The notes beneath the pieces are model-generated. The model saw nothing but the letters and a program-made list of their open reading frames with translations, made no database searches and was not told the origin of the DNA. Made by a program: the position numbers and the translations under genes. A stretch of 64,000 bases of DNA from Camelus dromedarius (Eukaryota). Positions 12,631-25,609 of the stretch are shown in pieces (the stretch's first letter is position 1; every line of letters starts with the position of its first letter). Where the stretch lies: assembly GCF_036321535.1 (NCBI RefSeq), contig NC_087436.1:103294001-103358000 (forward strand), in the 5' to 3' direction.

Positions 12631-14129
12631 CAAAATAAGAAGGAAAAAAGCTACACCCTCTTTGTTCAAGGATTTTTATTAAGAAGAAACTTATATCTAG
12701 TACATTTCTTTCATTACTTTCAATAAAAAAACTTCTGACCTATAGTAATATTCAAGGCATCATATATGGTGCTCTGCGGGATGGAATATGGACAGTTACA
12801 ACTAAGGAATCTTTAATCCAATAGGGAATCATGATTTGTAGATACAAATACCTCTAACACAGAGAAGAGAATACACACCATTAGAAAGATAAAATTGCCC
12901 ATTGAGACAAAAAGTTTTAGTCGAGGAAAACACACTAACGTGGAATTGTTGGATATATTGAAAATGAAGTCACAACATTCCAGACACATGTAAGGTAAAA
13001 CATCTTCTAATGTGGGGGGATATAAAAAGGAAAACATGGCTATTAAGCCCCTTCATAGAAAAAAAGAACTAAAACATGCCCCCCTCTTTTCACCTCCCAC
13101 TTTCATAAAACAACCCTGGGTAAGGAACACATAAAGAAAAAAGGCAGGCGTAGCTATAAATATTGATAAGGATATCAGTAGCAAGCCCAAAGAAGCTTTT
13201 TATTCCCCCCTAATTAAATATGGGTCTTAGAAAAGCTAGGCAGAAACCTCGCACAGAAAAAGAATTTATGTTGACATGACTTGAAAGCCCTCGGAAAATC
13301 TCCCATACTTCTCTCAAATGACGGCAGTGATCAAATATATCAGTCATTTCAGATAATTTCCAATGGCATGAGGCTGATTTAGGAAACCTCAGGACTCTTG
13401 TTCAAGTAATGTTTTTGGAGGGTTTAAAGGAGATAACCCATTCGCCGAGTACCGAGGAACTGCATAGTCGGACTAATTCTCACACACACTGAAAAGCCAT
13501 AGGTAGGGAGAGTCTTACCACTCACTGTGTTAGCTGGGTTCTATTTTCTTCCCAACTGACTATTCCATTGCCCTGTTCAACTTCTAGTTATATTTGGGAT
13601 TGCCTCTATATAAGTAACCCTTATATGAATGGGTCTATTTCCGAGGACTCTCACATTTCATTGATCTTTCTATCCACACTAGTAAAAATTCCAAACCACC
13701 TCAGTTACTGTAGATTTATAGTAAGTCTTGATATTAGATAGTAAGAATAATTTTATTTTTATTTAAGGGTTTTTTGGTCTATTCTAGTTCCTTTGCCTTT
13801 TTCATACAAATTTTATAATCATCTTGTCAATATCTACAAAAAGTCTTGCTGGGATTTTTACTGGGATTGCATTAAATTTATAGATTAAATAGGGGAGACT
13901 GACTTCTTAATACTATTGAATCTTCTAATCCAAGGACACAGTATATTTCTCCATTTATTTAGGTCTTCATTGATTTATCTCAAAAATGCTTTGTAATTTT
14001 CAATATACAGATAAAAATCCTGAATATATTTGAGTGTATTCACAGCTAAGTATTTTATTTTTAGTTACATTTAAAAGTTTTTAACTTTAATTTTTAATTT
14101 TTAGTATATAGAAATAAGACTTATTTTTA

Positions 14130-16880
14130 TTTTAATGTTATTTTTCCAGCTTCATATGATTGGCAAATAGAAACTGTATATATTTAAAGAGTGCAATATG
14201 TTTCGATATATGTATGCATTGTGAAATTATTACCACAATCAAGCTAATTAGCATTTCCATCACCTCAAGCTAATTAACATTTCCATCACCTCATCTAGTT
14301 ACCTCTGTGTCTGTATGTGTGTGTACTGTGAAAACTGGAGATCTAATATCTTAGAAAATTTCAAATACACATTATTATTTTATAGTGACCATGCCATACA
14401 TTATTCACCTTATACCTGAAAGCTTATACCTTTTAACTAACATTTAATTTCTTTCACACACCCAGATCCTGGTAACCATCTGCTGTTATGTGTTTGACTT
14501 CTTTAGATTTCATATAAAAGAAAGATTATGGAGTATTTGTCTTTCGGTGTCTGGCTTATTTCACTTAGTCTAATTTCCTTCAGGTTCATCCATAATGTTG
14601 CAAATGGCAGGATTTCCTCTTTTCTTGACTGAATAATATTTCATTTTATACATATTATACTTGTATATTGTATATAATTGTACATATATAATATGTATAT
14701 ATTACATTTTCTTTATCTATTGATCTGTCAATAGATACTTCAGTTGTTTCCATATTTCAAGTATTGTGAATAACGTTACAGTGAACACACGAGTGCAGAT
14801 CGCTCTTCAAGATAGTCCTTTTAAATCCTTTGGACATATACCCAGAAGTGGGATTTTTGGATGATATGGTAGTCTTATTTTTAATATTTTGAGGAACCTC
14901 AATACTGTTCTGTATAAAGGCTGTATCAATTTACATTCTTAACAATATTGTATAAGGGTTTCATCTTCTTCACAAACTTGCCAATACTTACTATTTTTTT
15001 GAACTTTTTGTAACAGCCATGTTAGTATTAACAGATATGAGGTGATGTCTCATTATGTGTTGATTTCTATTCCCCAACTGATTAGTGACACTGAAGATGT
15101 TTTCATGTAATTGCTGAAAATTTGTATGCTTTCTTTGGAAAATGTCTATTCAGGTCCTTTGCCCATTTTTAAATTGTATTACTTTTATTTATTTATTTTT
15201 TGCTATTGAGTTGTATGAGTTCCTTATATTTTAGAAAGTAATCCCTTTATCAGATACATGGTTTGCAGATATTTTCTCCATTTCACAGTTTGCCTTTTCA
15301 TTGTGTTGGCTGTTTCTTTTGCTGTGCAGAAACTTTTCCATCTGATGTAGTCCCACTCTTTTTTATTGGAGTATAGTTGATTTACAATACTACATTAGTT
15401 TCAGGTGTACAACACAGTGATTCAAATATTTGTAGAGATCACACCCTATTTAAAGTTATTACAAAATAACAGTGATATTTCCCTGTGTTGTACAATATAT
15501 ATGGCTCATGTATTTTATACATAGTAGTTTGCATCTCTTAAGCCTCACCCCTCTCCTGCCCCTCCCCCTCCATTCTGCCCACTGATAACCACTAGTTTGT
15601 TTTCTATATCTGTGGTTCTGTTTCTGTTTTGTTATACATATTTGTTTGTTGTATATTTTAGATTCCACATATAAGTGACAACATAGAGTACTTTTCTTTC
15701 TTTGTCTGACTTACTTCACTAAATATAGTAGTCTCTAGGTTCATCCACATTGTTGCAAATGGCAGAATTTCACTATTTTTCATGAATTTGACCATTATAT
15801 ATATATATCACTTCCTCTTTCTCCATTCATCTGTTGGCAAACGCTTAGGTTGCTGTCATGTATTGGCTATTGTAAATAATGCTGCTATAAACACTGGGGT
15901 GCATGCAACTTTTCAAATCAGTGTCTTCATTTTTTTCAGATAGATAACCAGGACTGGAATTGCTGGAATGAACAGACAGCCCAGAAATAAACTCATGCAC
16001 TATAGTCAATTAATCTATGATGAAGAAGGCAAGAATATACAACAGAAAAAAGAGAGTGTCTTCAATAAATGGTGCTGGGAAAACTGGAAAGTTACATGTA
16101 AAAGAATTGAGAGTAGAACATTTCCCTACACCTTATACAAAAATCAACTCAAATGGATTAAAGACCTAAAAAGACCTGAAACAATAAAACTCCTAGAAGA
16201 GAACAAAGGCAGAACACTATTTGACATAAACCACAGCAATACTTTTTTGCATCTATCTCCTAAGGCAAAACAAATAAAATAAAAAATAAAAAAATGGTAC
16301 CTAATTAAACTTAAAAGCATTCCTATTTATTTGTGCTTTTGTTGCCCGTACTTTTGGTATCAAATTCAAAATTTTTTTAGTAATACCAATGTCAAGAAGC
16401 TCTTTCCTTATGTTTTCTTCTAGGTTTTTTAGGGTTTCAGGTCTTACATAGACTCCTTTAATCCATTTTAAGTTGATTTTTGTGTATGATGTAACATAAG
16501 GATCCAATATCCATCATACACAAAATCCTTTGTATGTGTATATCCAGATTTACTAAAACCAATTATCGAAGAGACTATCCTTTCTCTATTGTGTATTCTT
16601 GGCACCACTGTTGAAGGCTAGTTGACTGCATACGCATAGGTTTATTTCTGGGCTCTCTATTCTATCACATTGGTCTATGTTTGTTTTTATGCCCATACCA
16701 TTTTCTTTTGATTACTAAACTTTTGTAATATAATTTGAAATCAGGAAATGTGATGCCTTCAGCCTTTTTCTTCCTGCTCAAGATTGCTTCAGCTATTCAG
16801 GCTCTTTTGTAGTTCCATACGAATTTTATAGTTGATTTTTCTATTTCTGTGAAAAATGCCACTGGAATTTTAATAAGAAA
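14130..16880 (-). mobile_element. L1MA-like element (3'UTR plus ORF2 end) inserted in the older L1, interrupted at 15359-16320
   Basis: Typical L1MA 3' end (ttaccacaatcaagctaatt...catcacctca). Antisense ORF 16301-16507 (DPYVTSYTKINLKWIK..RPETLKNLEENIRKELLDIG) is ORF2. Confidence 0.8.
15359..16320 (-). mobile_element. Young L1 insertion with 5' inversion (minus 15359-15967, plus 15968-16320)
   Basis: Poly-T and antisense 3'UTR, then an abrupt switch at ~15967 to sense ORF2 (ORF 15968-16282: KESVFNKWCWENW...RPETIKLLEENKGRTLFDI). Confidence 0.85.
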
Positions 16881-17061
16881 GTTGATTTTTATACATTTGC
16901 CTTTGTCTCCTGCAAACTTGTTAGTTTTAGAGACATTTTTTGTATATTATTTCATTTTTTCCAAATAGAAAATAATGTCATCTGTCAATAGAGACAACTG
17001 TATGCATTTTTTTCCAATTTGTACTATATTTTTTTATCCTTGATATACTGCACTGGCTATG

Positions 17062-18021
17062 TGTGGTGTGAGGTCTGAATTCAAGATTCAGTATTCTGTG
17101 CTGCCTTGATATTTGATGTATCAGTTCCTAAGGCTGCCATTAAAAAGTACTTACTTTTTAGTGGGTGGCTTAAAATAACAAATATTTACTATCTCATACC
17201 TCTGGAGGCTATAAATCAAAAATCAATGTGTTGGCACAGCCGCACTCCCTGTGAAATTTATAGGGAAGAAGTTTGCCGCCTATTCTAGTTTCTAGTGTTT
17301 GTTGGAAATCCTTGGCATTCTTTGGCTTATAGAGGAATCACTCCAGTCTCTGTCTCCACTGTCAAATGACTGTCTTCTCCTTAGATGTCTCTGTGTGTAC
17401 TTTCTCCTCTTTTTATTAAGACACCAGCCATCCTGGATTAAGGGTTAATTTTAACCTATTACATCAAAATGACTCTATTCCCAAGTAAGTTCACATTCTG
17501 ACATACTGTGGCTAGGATGTCAATATATTTTTTGGGGGGTGGGGACACAATTCAATCCATAACATCTGATAAAATTGAGAGATCCTCAAATAACCTGACC
17601 ACAAATTTCCCTCTGCCTCTTTTGCTGTGGATTATGTCCCCTAGCCAAACCACACTCTGTACCATGGGGACCAGGCATAGTGCCCACTTATCCTTGAGTA
17701 ATGTGTTCCAGGTTCCCTGCCAGCCTGTAGAATTCTTCAGGCAGAACAATCACATTCTTCCACAGAAATCAGTGTGACTCTATCCTCTTGATACAAAATC
17801 TGCCTCTTACAATCTCTGTTTAATTACTTAGCTCCCAAGTGCAGCCCCTGCGTGGCCATGCAAGATGTACAGTGTCCTCCTGCCTCTGGGCTGTAATTTA
17901 TAACACTAATAAATGAAAGAGTTCATTTGATCTGTCCAGTGTCTGGTATCCTGTTATCTTGCTAACTTTAGGGTAGAAATCACTCTCTCACCAAAAGTCT
18001 GAAGCAGCAGCTAATGAAACA
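17062..18021 (+). mobile_element. ERVL solo LTR (MER73/MER74/MER88-group) interrupted by MLT1
   Basis: TGTGGTGTGAGGTCTGAATTCAAG...ctaataaa...ctctctcacca...gaaaCA. 5-bp TSD ctatg (17057-17061) / ctagg (18022-18026). Confidence 0.7.
17117..17564 (-). mobile_element. MLT1B/C-like MaLR solo LTR
   Basis: TGTATCAGTTCCTAAGGCTGCCAT...ggggacacaattcaatccataaCA. 5-bp TSD tttga (17112-17116) / tctga (17565-17569). Confidence 0.85.
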
Positions 18022-20129
18022 CTAGGATTTTCAATATGATGATGAATAGTAGTAGTGAAAAAAGACTTACTTGATATGTTACTGATCTTCAGGAAAAAAA
18101 TATTCAGTATTTCATTATTAAAACTAATGTTAGACTTAAGCTTTTAAAAGATACTTTTAATCAGATTATGAAGTTCCTTCTATTACTAATTTGCTGAAAA
18201 TTGTTATTATAAGTGGATATTTTCTCTAATGCTTATTCTTTATCTCTTGAAATGAACAAATGAGTTTCCGTCTTTAACTTGTTATTATGATGCATTGATT
18301 GATCTTCAAACACTGAACCAGCTTTTCATTGCTGGTATAAATGCTAGCCTCATAAAATGATGTGGAAAGTATTTCCTCCTCTTCTATTTTCTGGAAGAAT
18401 TTGTGTAAAATGTATAGCGTTTTTTTCTTTAAATTTTTGGCAGTGAAAACATTCCAGCTTGAGGTTTTCTTTGTTGGAAGATTCCAACTGCAAGTTCAGT
18501 TTTTTAAGTATACGTAAGGAATTTTCTTCTTTTTTAATCTTGATTTTAGTAGTTTGTGAACTTCAGAGAAGTGGTCTAGTTCTTCCAGGTAATGGGCATA
18601 AAATTGTTTATAGGATTCACTTATTATTTAATCCTATGTAGTCTGTAGTGAGATTTCTCATTTCTGATACTGTTTAGTGTTTTTTTCCTCTCTTCTTCAT
18701 TCTGACCAGATTCAATAAGTTTATTGATTTTATTGATACTGTTTTTAAAATAACTAGATTTTAGTTTCATTTATTTTCTTAATTGTTTTTCCATCCTCTG
18801 TATCATTGTCTTCTGCTCTTTATTATTTCTTTCACTCTGCTGCTCCCATTATTTCACCTTCTTTAGTTTCATAGGATGGGTCTAAATTACTAATTTAAAC
18901 TCTTTTTTTCCTTTAAATTGTAAGTATTTATTGATCTCACAAATTTTGATATGCTGTCCTTCAATTTCATTAAGTTCAAAATATTTTTAAATTTTGTCTT
19001 GAGACCTCTTCTTTGATTCATAGGTTATTTACATTTTTAAACTTCCAAATACTTAAGGATTTTTCCAGGTATCTTTCAGTTACTAACTTCCAGTTTGGTT
19101 GTTATGACACAAAAATAATTTTTGTTTGATTTGTATTTTTTAATTTGTTAGTATGCATTTTATTATGTAGTAGATTGTCTATCTTTGTTAATTTTCTATA
19201 TGCCCTTAAGAAGAACGTATATTCTACTATTCTGGTGTAGAAAAGTTTACACAAACTAGGTCCAGGTGGTTCACAGTACTATTCAGGTCATCTGTACGTT
19301 CACTGAATTATTAACTATTTCTTTATCAATTACTGAAAGAGAAATGCTAAAATCTTTAGCTAAACTTCTGGATTTCCTTATTTCTTCCTTAAGTTTTGTC
19401 AGTTTCCCTATATATAATCTGAAGAAATATTCTTAGATACACATACATTTAGAATGCTGTGTCTTGGAGTAAAAAAAAAAAAAAAACAACGTTTTCTCAT
19501 TGTGTAATGTCTTTTTTAACCCCTGGTGATACTCTTTATTCTGAAGTCTACTTTGCCTTATTTTTTAATATATACTCCAGCTTTAGTTTGGTTACTGTTC
19601 ACATGGTGTATCTTTCAACATCCTTAAACTTTCACCTTTTTGTCTTTAAAGAAGACAGCCTATAGTCATGTTTTACATTTTCAACAAACTTTACAATTTG
19701 TCTTTTAACCGGTATTTTTTAAGTATTACATATAATTATTCATATTCAAAAATTAAAATTGACCATGTTGCTAGATTTTTTTTTCCTCATCTGCTTTGGA
19801 TTATTTTTTACTGCCTTCTTGAGTTAACTGAGCATTTTTTTATCATTCCAGTTCATTTATTTTATTGTTTTGATTTATACTTATTTTTGTTTTTTAACTT
19901 TATAGTTGTTCCCAAGAGTTTTCAGTGTCCATAGTTATATTCAGATAATATTATGCTATTTCATGTATAATGTAAGAAACTTGTGAAAACTCTCTTCCTC
20001 TTCTCCAGTCCTTACTGCTATTGTGATTCACCTTTGTTTTCCATATGCTATAAACACACAATGTATTACTACCATTTTTGCTTTAGATAATCAGTCATCT
20101 TTTAGAATAATTAAAAACAGAATAAAAAT

Positions 20130-20742
20130 TATGGTGGACAGAATTCTAAAATGACCTCCAAGAAACCAGGCCCTTGGTGTACATACACTCTATAATCTAC
20201 ACCTCAGGTTATGGAAGACCTGTGTATAGAAAGAGATCACTCCCAAGATTATGTTATATTATATGATAGAAAATATTTTTCAGATGTAAACAAGCTTCCT
20301 AATCATTTGACTTTAATCAAAAGACAGATTATTCTGGGTGAACCTAACCTAATGACTAAGTACTGGAAGATTTCAGCGGGAAGTTTCAGAGAGAGCCTCC
20401 TACTGGGCTGGAGCAGCAACAGCCATGCTGTGATCCACATGTTGAGGGACCACTGATGGGAGTCTGACATTGGCCTCTGACAGCTGAGGGAAGATCCTGG
20501 CTGATAACCAGCAAGAAAACAGGGACTTAAATGTTTCAACTGCAAGAAACTGAATTCTGGCAATAATGGGTGAGTCTGGAAGGGGATCCTGAGCCTCCGA
20601 TGAGATCTCAGGGCTGGCCTTGGAAGATCTCGAGCAGAGAGCTCAGACTTCCGACCCACAGAACTGCAAGATAATAAGTGTGTGACATTTTAAGCTGCAA
20701 AATCTGTGGTAATTTGTTATGCAACAAAAGAAAACTAAGACA
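20130..20742 (+). mobile_element. MLT1E-like MaLR solo LTR
   Basis: tatggtggacagaattctaaaatgacc...ttttaagctgcaaaatctgtggtaatttgttatgcaacaaaagaaaactaagaCA. Confidence 0.85.
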
Positions 20743-22606
20743 GAAGTAATTTAATTTTACTTTCATTTATTCCATTAACTTTGTTTTCATTTCTTTATGT
20801 AGGTACAAGTTTCTAAATGGTAGTATATTCCTTTCGTCTAAAGAATGTTCTTTAATATTCAACATTTTTCTTTTTTGAGGGAGAGAGGAGTGGCTGGTGT
20901 GTAAATTTTTGCTTTAATTTTTATTTTTCAATTGTGTAAATATGTGTATGTAGGTGCATTCTATTTCTGATCTATCCTCAGCTTTAGGTTTTCCCTTTGA
21001 GCTAAACTTCAGAGAAGGATTCTATTTTGCTAGTTACTGTTGGCTCAATTCTATATAGCCTGGTAGGGGATCAATGTGAAGTGTGTGTATATGTGTGCAA
21101 GGGAGGACAGGGTTGGTTATTCTGATTAGTTCTTAGTTGTAGGTGGGCACCAAGTCACTGGGTTTCAGAGGTGTGGTCTTGAAGCTCTCAACCCTTTCCA
21201 TCACGTTTAGGTCTGAGCCCAGCATGTGTTCATGACTCTGTCCCAGAGTAGAGAGTTGGTTTGAGTTATTACTTTTTTGTAGTGTTCCCTTCTCCTAGTG
21301 CCTTGAGAGTGGCAGTGTTTATAGCCCTTCCTCTCACAGGTTAAGGAGAGGAGGGTCCCAGTGGAGTTTTAAATCCTTCCTGCATTGGTTGCTGCTCATC
21401 ATCAGGGAGATCTCGTTAGGACTCTCTGTCCATAGCATATATCTGGCCAACCTCCCGACAGTTGTCAATGACCGTGGATGAACTCTTCTCACCAGTGTGC
21501 CGCTGCATTTTGCCCAGGTAAGCCAGGGCTCATGTCTTGTCTCTCCCTGCCAGCTCCCTGCTCAACTTAGACCTTGAGCCAGTTGGTTGTCCTGCCACTT
21601 CAGCTCTCTGAGAGGTCAAGAAAAGTTGAATACTTGCTCTTTTTGTTCAGTTACTTTATTGTACTTTTGGTTGTTTAAGTTACTTCTTTCTTTTCAGTTT
21701 TCATTGTTTGCAAGTAACTAAAATGGCCCATGACATCAGAATGTAAGAATCAAGTTAAAGAGAACGGTATAGAATAAGGTAGCAAGCATTCTCAATCTTA
21801 CTCTAAATGAAATTATTTAAATTTTATTCTATCCAGAGATCCTGATATAAGAAAATATTCAGTCACACTCTGATACCTTGACTATTCTGGGATATTACTC
21901 AGAATACTGTCTGGGTATATAATCAGTAAGTTTATTATTAAGTGCCATTGTGAACATTGAGGTTGACACACCTCCACAAAAAGAAACTTATACTGGTCAC
22001 ATTTTACTTGAGGGACACGGAGCTGTGTTTCAAGGGGGCATGTGAGGGCAATTTTCACAACTTGCCTATCTCATAATACAGGTTTTAGGTGGATCTGGTT
22101 GCTTCCGACATCAGATCCTTTATTTTCGATTCAATATTCACCTCGTGTGGCATCTCTTCACAAAAACAGTCAAACAGCACAGCTGGAGTTAATAAACTGA
22201 AGGAGGATGCCCATTACCAGTTAGAGACATTTCTGTTGTCTGAGGCTTTCAGTATTTCATTATCTCTCCATCAGCACCAGTAGTCTCACAGCTGAAAAGC
22301 CATCAAAATAATGCAGCTTGAAATGATAAATGAAAGGAATGTAACAACTGCAGCACTGAACATTTGATTCTCTGGACTGTTTTTTTTCTGTAAGGATATA
22401 TTTGTTTATTTGTACGCTTTCTTTGTTGGCAATCATATTCCACCACTCAAAAGTCCATCTTGATGTGATGATGGAAGTATGCCTCATTCTTTCTCATTAA
22501 AAAAAGATGTGAGATATTCTCCATGAATAGGACTATCCACAGTTTCAATCTTCCAAACAAACATCTTGAGACAGAGTGAAAAAAAAGATGCTATAATAAT
22601 GTTAAA

Positions 22607-22608
22607 GT

Positions 22609-22649
<41 letters not shown>
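22607..22649. repeat. (TG)n microsatellite
   Basis: About 20 TG units with two interruptions. Confidence 0.92.
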
Positions 22650-22650
<1 letters not shown>

Positions 22651-22999
22651 TGCTTGCTTTTGGACCAACTTAGTATTTAAAAGTTGTAGCAAGTTTGTCT
22701 TAGTCTATATTCTTTTGACTTAACATCAAAATTCCTAAGCACTCCACCACACCAGATGCTGTACCTGAATGGGTATCTCTGTTAAGTAACTGTGTGTATC
22801 ACCTACACTAATGCCCTCATCCCCTACTTTAACCAGTTTAATTCCATTGTCTATTATTATAATTACTCATCTGCCTAAAATGTGAAACACATGCTTCTCT
22901 TTTGCTTCACTGTATTTATTTGGCAAAAATCATACTGCAGTAAACTCCACTTGTCTATCTCCAAATGGACTCTTTGCACGCAGCTAACCATGGCTGTAT

Positions 23000-23620
23000 G
23001 ACCACAGTGACTCGTTTCACTAAATTCACAACCACAGGTTCAAGTGGATCCTCACACTGCCTCATTGCCTGACTGTATTTTCCTGGCCCACTCATCTCTC
23101 CTACATAACTATGGCATGTCTTTTTCCCTTTCCTCAAAATTCCAAACCTCTTCTGCCATTATCTCTCTTTTTACTTCCCACTTCCCTGCAAAGATTCACA
23201 CAATTTCCAAAGTTAACTTCCACATCCACTACTTGCCAGTTTCTATGTGAATAAACAGTGTTGTATGGGAGGAAAATGCTTTCCTTGACCCTCTTAAGGT
23301 CCCTAGCTAGGTATCAACATTAAACTGACAAGGATAGATTAATAGGAGAACATTTAGTATGTTTGGTGTTGAACTCCCAACCTTCCCGTCAAATCTTATC
23401 CCACCTGCAGTTTCTACCAGCTCAAGAAATGTTGCCGTTCCTGTTTCTAGTTAGTCGGACCAAAAACCTTGAAGTCATCTATGGATCTTTTTTTTTTTCT
23501 CTCATAATCTTCATCAATTCATCACGCAATGCAGTTAGCTTTAGTCTCAAGATATATTCAGCATCCCAAACTGCTCACCACTGCTGCTACAATTAGCCTG
23601 GTTTTAACCACCCTTATATT
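23000..23620 (-). mobile_element. L2 remnants with a short LTR fragment (~23262-23350)
   Basis: ccaaaaaccttgaagtcatc...tctcaagatatattcagcatccc...ctgctacaattagcc is L2-like. tgtatgggaggaaaa...gacaaggatagattaataggagaa resembles an ERV1 LTR end. Confidence 0.45.
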
Positions 23621-23974
23621 TATCACTGTAACCAGAAAGGTCTTCCTGCTGTTACCTTACAGGACTGGGGGGAGGTCTTTTAGCTTGAGTAATTTCATCC
23701 AGAGTAAGAATCCCTATGACTATGCTATTCTCTTTAAGACCAAATCTCTTCTGCTTTGGTGCCTTGTGAGATTTGAATTATTTACAAATAAGGGACAGAC
23801 AATGAGTGTCTGTCCTAAGCCACCAAAAGAATATCAAAATCAAAGAGGATTTGTTTTCGATCACAATTAACACTGATTTACTAAGCACCTACTGTGAGTG
23901 AAGACTGATCCTAGGCAATGGGTCTCTAGCCATAAACATTTCATAGTCCCTGACCTCAAAAAGTTCTGAGTCTA

Positions 23975-24165
23975 TCTTATACCAGTAGTTTGTACCTCCC
24001 TAGACGTGCTCAAAAGATGTATTGTACAACATGGAAAATATAGTCAATTCTGTAATAACAGTAAATGGAAAGTAACATTTAAACATTTAACGTTAAATTT
24101 TTAAAAAAATTTCTCAAAACAGAATAAATGAAAAAATATCTAAATAAGTAACTAACTAACTAAAT
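23975..24165 (+). mobile_element. Very short L1 3'-end insertion with an inverted 5' piece
   Basis: Perfect 16-bp TSD aaaagttctgagtcta (23959-23974 / 24166-24181). Body gatgtattgtacaacatggaaaatatagtcaa... is L1 3'UTR with an A-rich tail. Confidence 0.8.
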
Positions 24166-24893
24166 AAAAGTTCTGAGTCTAGTGCATGCTACAGCTACTG
24201 ACTGGGTAAATGCAATGAGCAGCAGAAAAGACCTTTCTTCATGCTGTAAGTACAAAGTGCAGCAGGGATCCACAGCACGCCAGCCTAATTCAGTACTGGA
24301 GGCACAGGTCATTTCATAATCTCTTGGTTCAACCTTTTATTTCTTCAATTTTCTAAATGAGAAACATTATAATAAATGATTTTTAGCTCTTAGCCTAAAT
24401 AGTCTATAATCTCATTTTTTAAACTGCATCAAATGAGATCCTACTATCACTAATTTAAATGGCCGTGAATAAAAGACAATGTGCCCATTTCTTTAACCAC
24501 ATAATTAGAAATATTCTGCTAAAAATCTAAAGCGGGAAGTTCTGCCTATGAATAGGAAGGTAGAGAAAAACTGTGTTTAAGTAGAATAATTTAGTATTGC
24601 ATGATTGAAGTGTTCTGGAACAGGAACCGAGAGGTGTGACTCACCATTTCCTTTGGCAGAAATTATTTCAGTAGCTCTGTCTCTGTCTCATCCTTATTCC
24701 AAGACAGGCATTCAGTTCAACCCACTGAAAGAAATAATGATAAATAAATTATATGTCAAGTACTGTGCTAGGATCCCTGGGAGAGGCAAAGATGGATACG
24801 CCCAGTCCTGGACTAAAGATGTCATAATACACTGGGAAATACCAGTGCACACAAGGTGAGCTATAATACAAAGTAGTTATTCTGAGGACAAAA

Positions 24894-25595
24894 TGTTACC
24901 AAACTTAGGTTCAGCTGTTCATCACTCAAGAATCCAATTCTGAGAGACATGTGTTGTTTAAAAGGAAAGACAGCTTTACTGAGGAAGCAGGCAATCCTGG
25001 GGAGAAGGTAAACTCATGTCCCAAAGAACCAACTCCCACTGTTGATCAAGTGACAAGAGCTTTCAAAAGGGAATTTCAGGGGCACATAAAAGAGAGCGGG
25101 GCTACATGCAGACCAGCACAGTCAGCTCCAACAATCATCTTGAAATTGGTTATGCAGTGATCTGATCAGTACCATGTTGACTGTTTTAAGTACAGATACT
25201 CTTTAACTCCAAGATCGGTTTGTTACCATTTCCTTCAGGCCAGTTCTTGGAATTGTGTAAGATGGAGCAGTTTATGTAATGGCTACCATCCAGTAATCAT
25301 GCAGTAAGCTTCTTCCACCTTGGAAAACAGCTCAAAGGATATGTTCAGAATATTATCTACAGCCCAAGAGGAGAAACTAAAGGTCCTTGACTTGGCTTAA
25401 TGATTAAACTATTAATATTTTTTTCTTGTTTGACTGTTTTCCTTTGCTTCTGCATTTTCTCACTTCTATGATTAAATTTATTCTTTGGCTAAAGTTTTTT
25501 TACAGACAAGAGGCAGGCAGAGGATGCAGGCAATGGGGAGGCAGAAGGCAGGAGTTCTGCCCTGGGACGGCTTCATAGGATCCTGCTTGGTTACA
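24894..25595 (-). mobile_element. ERV1-class solo LTR, 702 bp
   Basis: Termini TGTTACCAA...TTGGTTACA (imperfect inverted repeat) and 4-bp TSD aaaa/aaaa. A polyA-signal-like AGTAAA lies on the minus strand near 24975. Confidence 0.8.
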
Positions 25596-25609
25596 AAAAT
25601 ACAAAGAAA

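Larger units (their letters stand above)
13535..21700 (-). mobile_element. Old, degraded antisense L1 (L1M-type) acting as host of nested insertions
   Basis: Antisense L1 ORF2-like sequence at 13535-14130, 16880-17061, 18022-20129 and 20743-~21700 resumes after each inserted element. Outer boundaries are approximate. Confidence 0.7.
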
